Assembly: GCA_963847445.1 (NCBI GenBank) | Contig: CAWJZV010000045.1 | Coordinates: forward strand, 96,001-160,000 | DNA length: 64,000 nt | Reading direction: 5' to 3' | Source of the DNA: an uncultured delta proteobacterium | Lineage (GTDB): Bacteria; Desulfobacterota; Binatia; UBA9968 | Part shown: positions 63,128 to 64,000 of the stretch, in pieces | Position numbering within the stretch: the first letter of the stretch is position 1 | Layout of the letters: each line of letters begins with the position of its first letter | Notes under the pieces: generated by a model | What the model was told of the DNA's origin: nothing | The model's database searches: none | What the model saw: the letters and a program-made list of their open reading frames with translations, nothing else | Made by a program: the position numbers and the translations under genes

Positions 63128-64000
63128 TGGAAGTCATAGGTGACCTTGACTTGCTTGGACCCGTCGGGCAGATCGCCGCGGACCATGTAGGTCGACGAGA
63201 ACTCTCGGTCTTCGCCCGGCTTCAGTTTGACCGGCAGGAGCAAGGCGCACTCGACTAGATCGAGATGTTGGCGCAGTTCTTGGGGCTCGACGCGGTGCAC
63301 GATGCGGGTGGCGATGGTTTCTTGAGAGAGCGTTGCGCACGCGGTAGGCGATGGTGAAGAGCTCGTTGGCGCGCACGCTGGTCTCGCGGTTGAGCGGCGT
63401 GGCTTCGATGGCTTCATTTTGCGGCACGGTGGCGTCGTATTGCACGCGCAGTCCGGCGGCCCAGTCGAACAAGACGCGCCACAGGCCGTTTTCCTTGACC
63501 AGCGTCAGTTCTTCTTCGCCTTCGATGAACTTCAATTTGCCGGCGCGGCGCAGATCGTCGAGGGTGGTGAGGATCTCTTTCTGCTTCTGCACCGGCAGAG
63601 CGTTGAGTTTGTCTTGGTCCCAATCGAGTAACAGTGCCGATAGGCTGTTAGCGTCGGGCAACTTGATATTGAATTTGACTTTGGTTGTCGCGTCGTTTTC
63701 CGTTGCGCCTATCTGACGGACTTCGATCAGCTCGGCGAGCTTTCCAGCCACCGTCAATGTGAAGCCGCTAAACGGTCCCTTCTCCTGGATATAGAGATCC
63801 TCGGACTTGATCAGCCGGTCGCGATTGGAGATCAGCCGATAGGCTTTTTTGTGATCGTGGGCGTATGCGCTCTTGAGATAGTTGTTGATCGTGCGTACCG
63901 GTCCGGACTGACCGCCGTTGTTGGGCGCCGAGAGTAAATAATAAGGCGGCAGCACCAGCAGGATGGCGGCGGCCGCGGACCAGATTAGATTGGCAATTTT
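63115..64000 (-). CDS. Membrane-anchored protein with C-terminal Cox11/CtaG-like domain (5' end off the window)
   Basis: VQYDA...YRVRN...HRVEP...LVECALLLPVKLKPGE...VTY resembles Cox11 topology. Confidence 0.55.

Overview
GC-rich bacterial chromosome segment. Gene content and style suggest a Deltaproteobacteria/Candidatus Binatia-like organism (inference). Many genes, including essential ones (alaS, nuoD/H/L/M/N), are broken by single-base indels, most likely long-read errors, so I rejoined CDSs across frames and some ends are approximate. Gene order: radA (partial); bioF-bioA-bioD with an SsuA/THI5-like binding protein; ppk1 and a choice-of-anchor-I phosphatase-like gene, both with Pho-box-like repeats, flanking a low-GC sulfotransferase that ends in an attC-like site; MFS, larC, alpha/beta hydrolase and a second binding protein; an 11-subunit nuo operon lacking nuoEFG; a TPP E1 alpha/beta pair, an orphan kinase, GST and cytochrome c; a heat-shock island (groES/EL, five Hsp20 copies, HtrA); phoH-yjbQ-alaS-recX-recA-thpR-cinA-pgpA; M23 peptidase; VWA/BatA/DUF58 and queC; an SCO / VKOR-thioredoxin / rhodanese cluster; a 14-repeat disulfide-looped beta-propeller gene flanked by IS256, IS110 and RAYT relics; and a Cox11-like / SCO / DUF4382 cluster. 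The best lead is the apparently exported rhodanese. It has an in-frame UGA at the catalytic Cys position followed by a SECIS-like hairpin (a probable selenoprotein missed by the ORF track) and lies directly downstream of VKOR-Trx and SCO.
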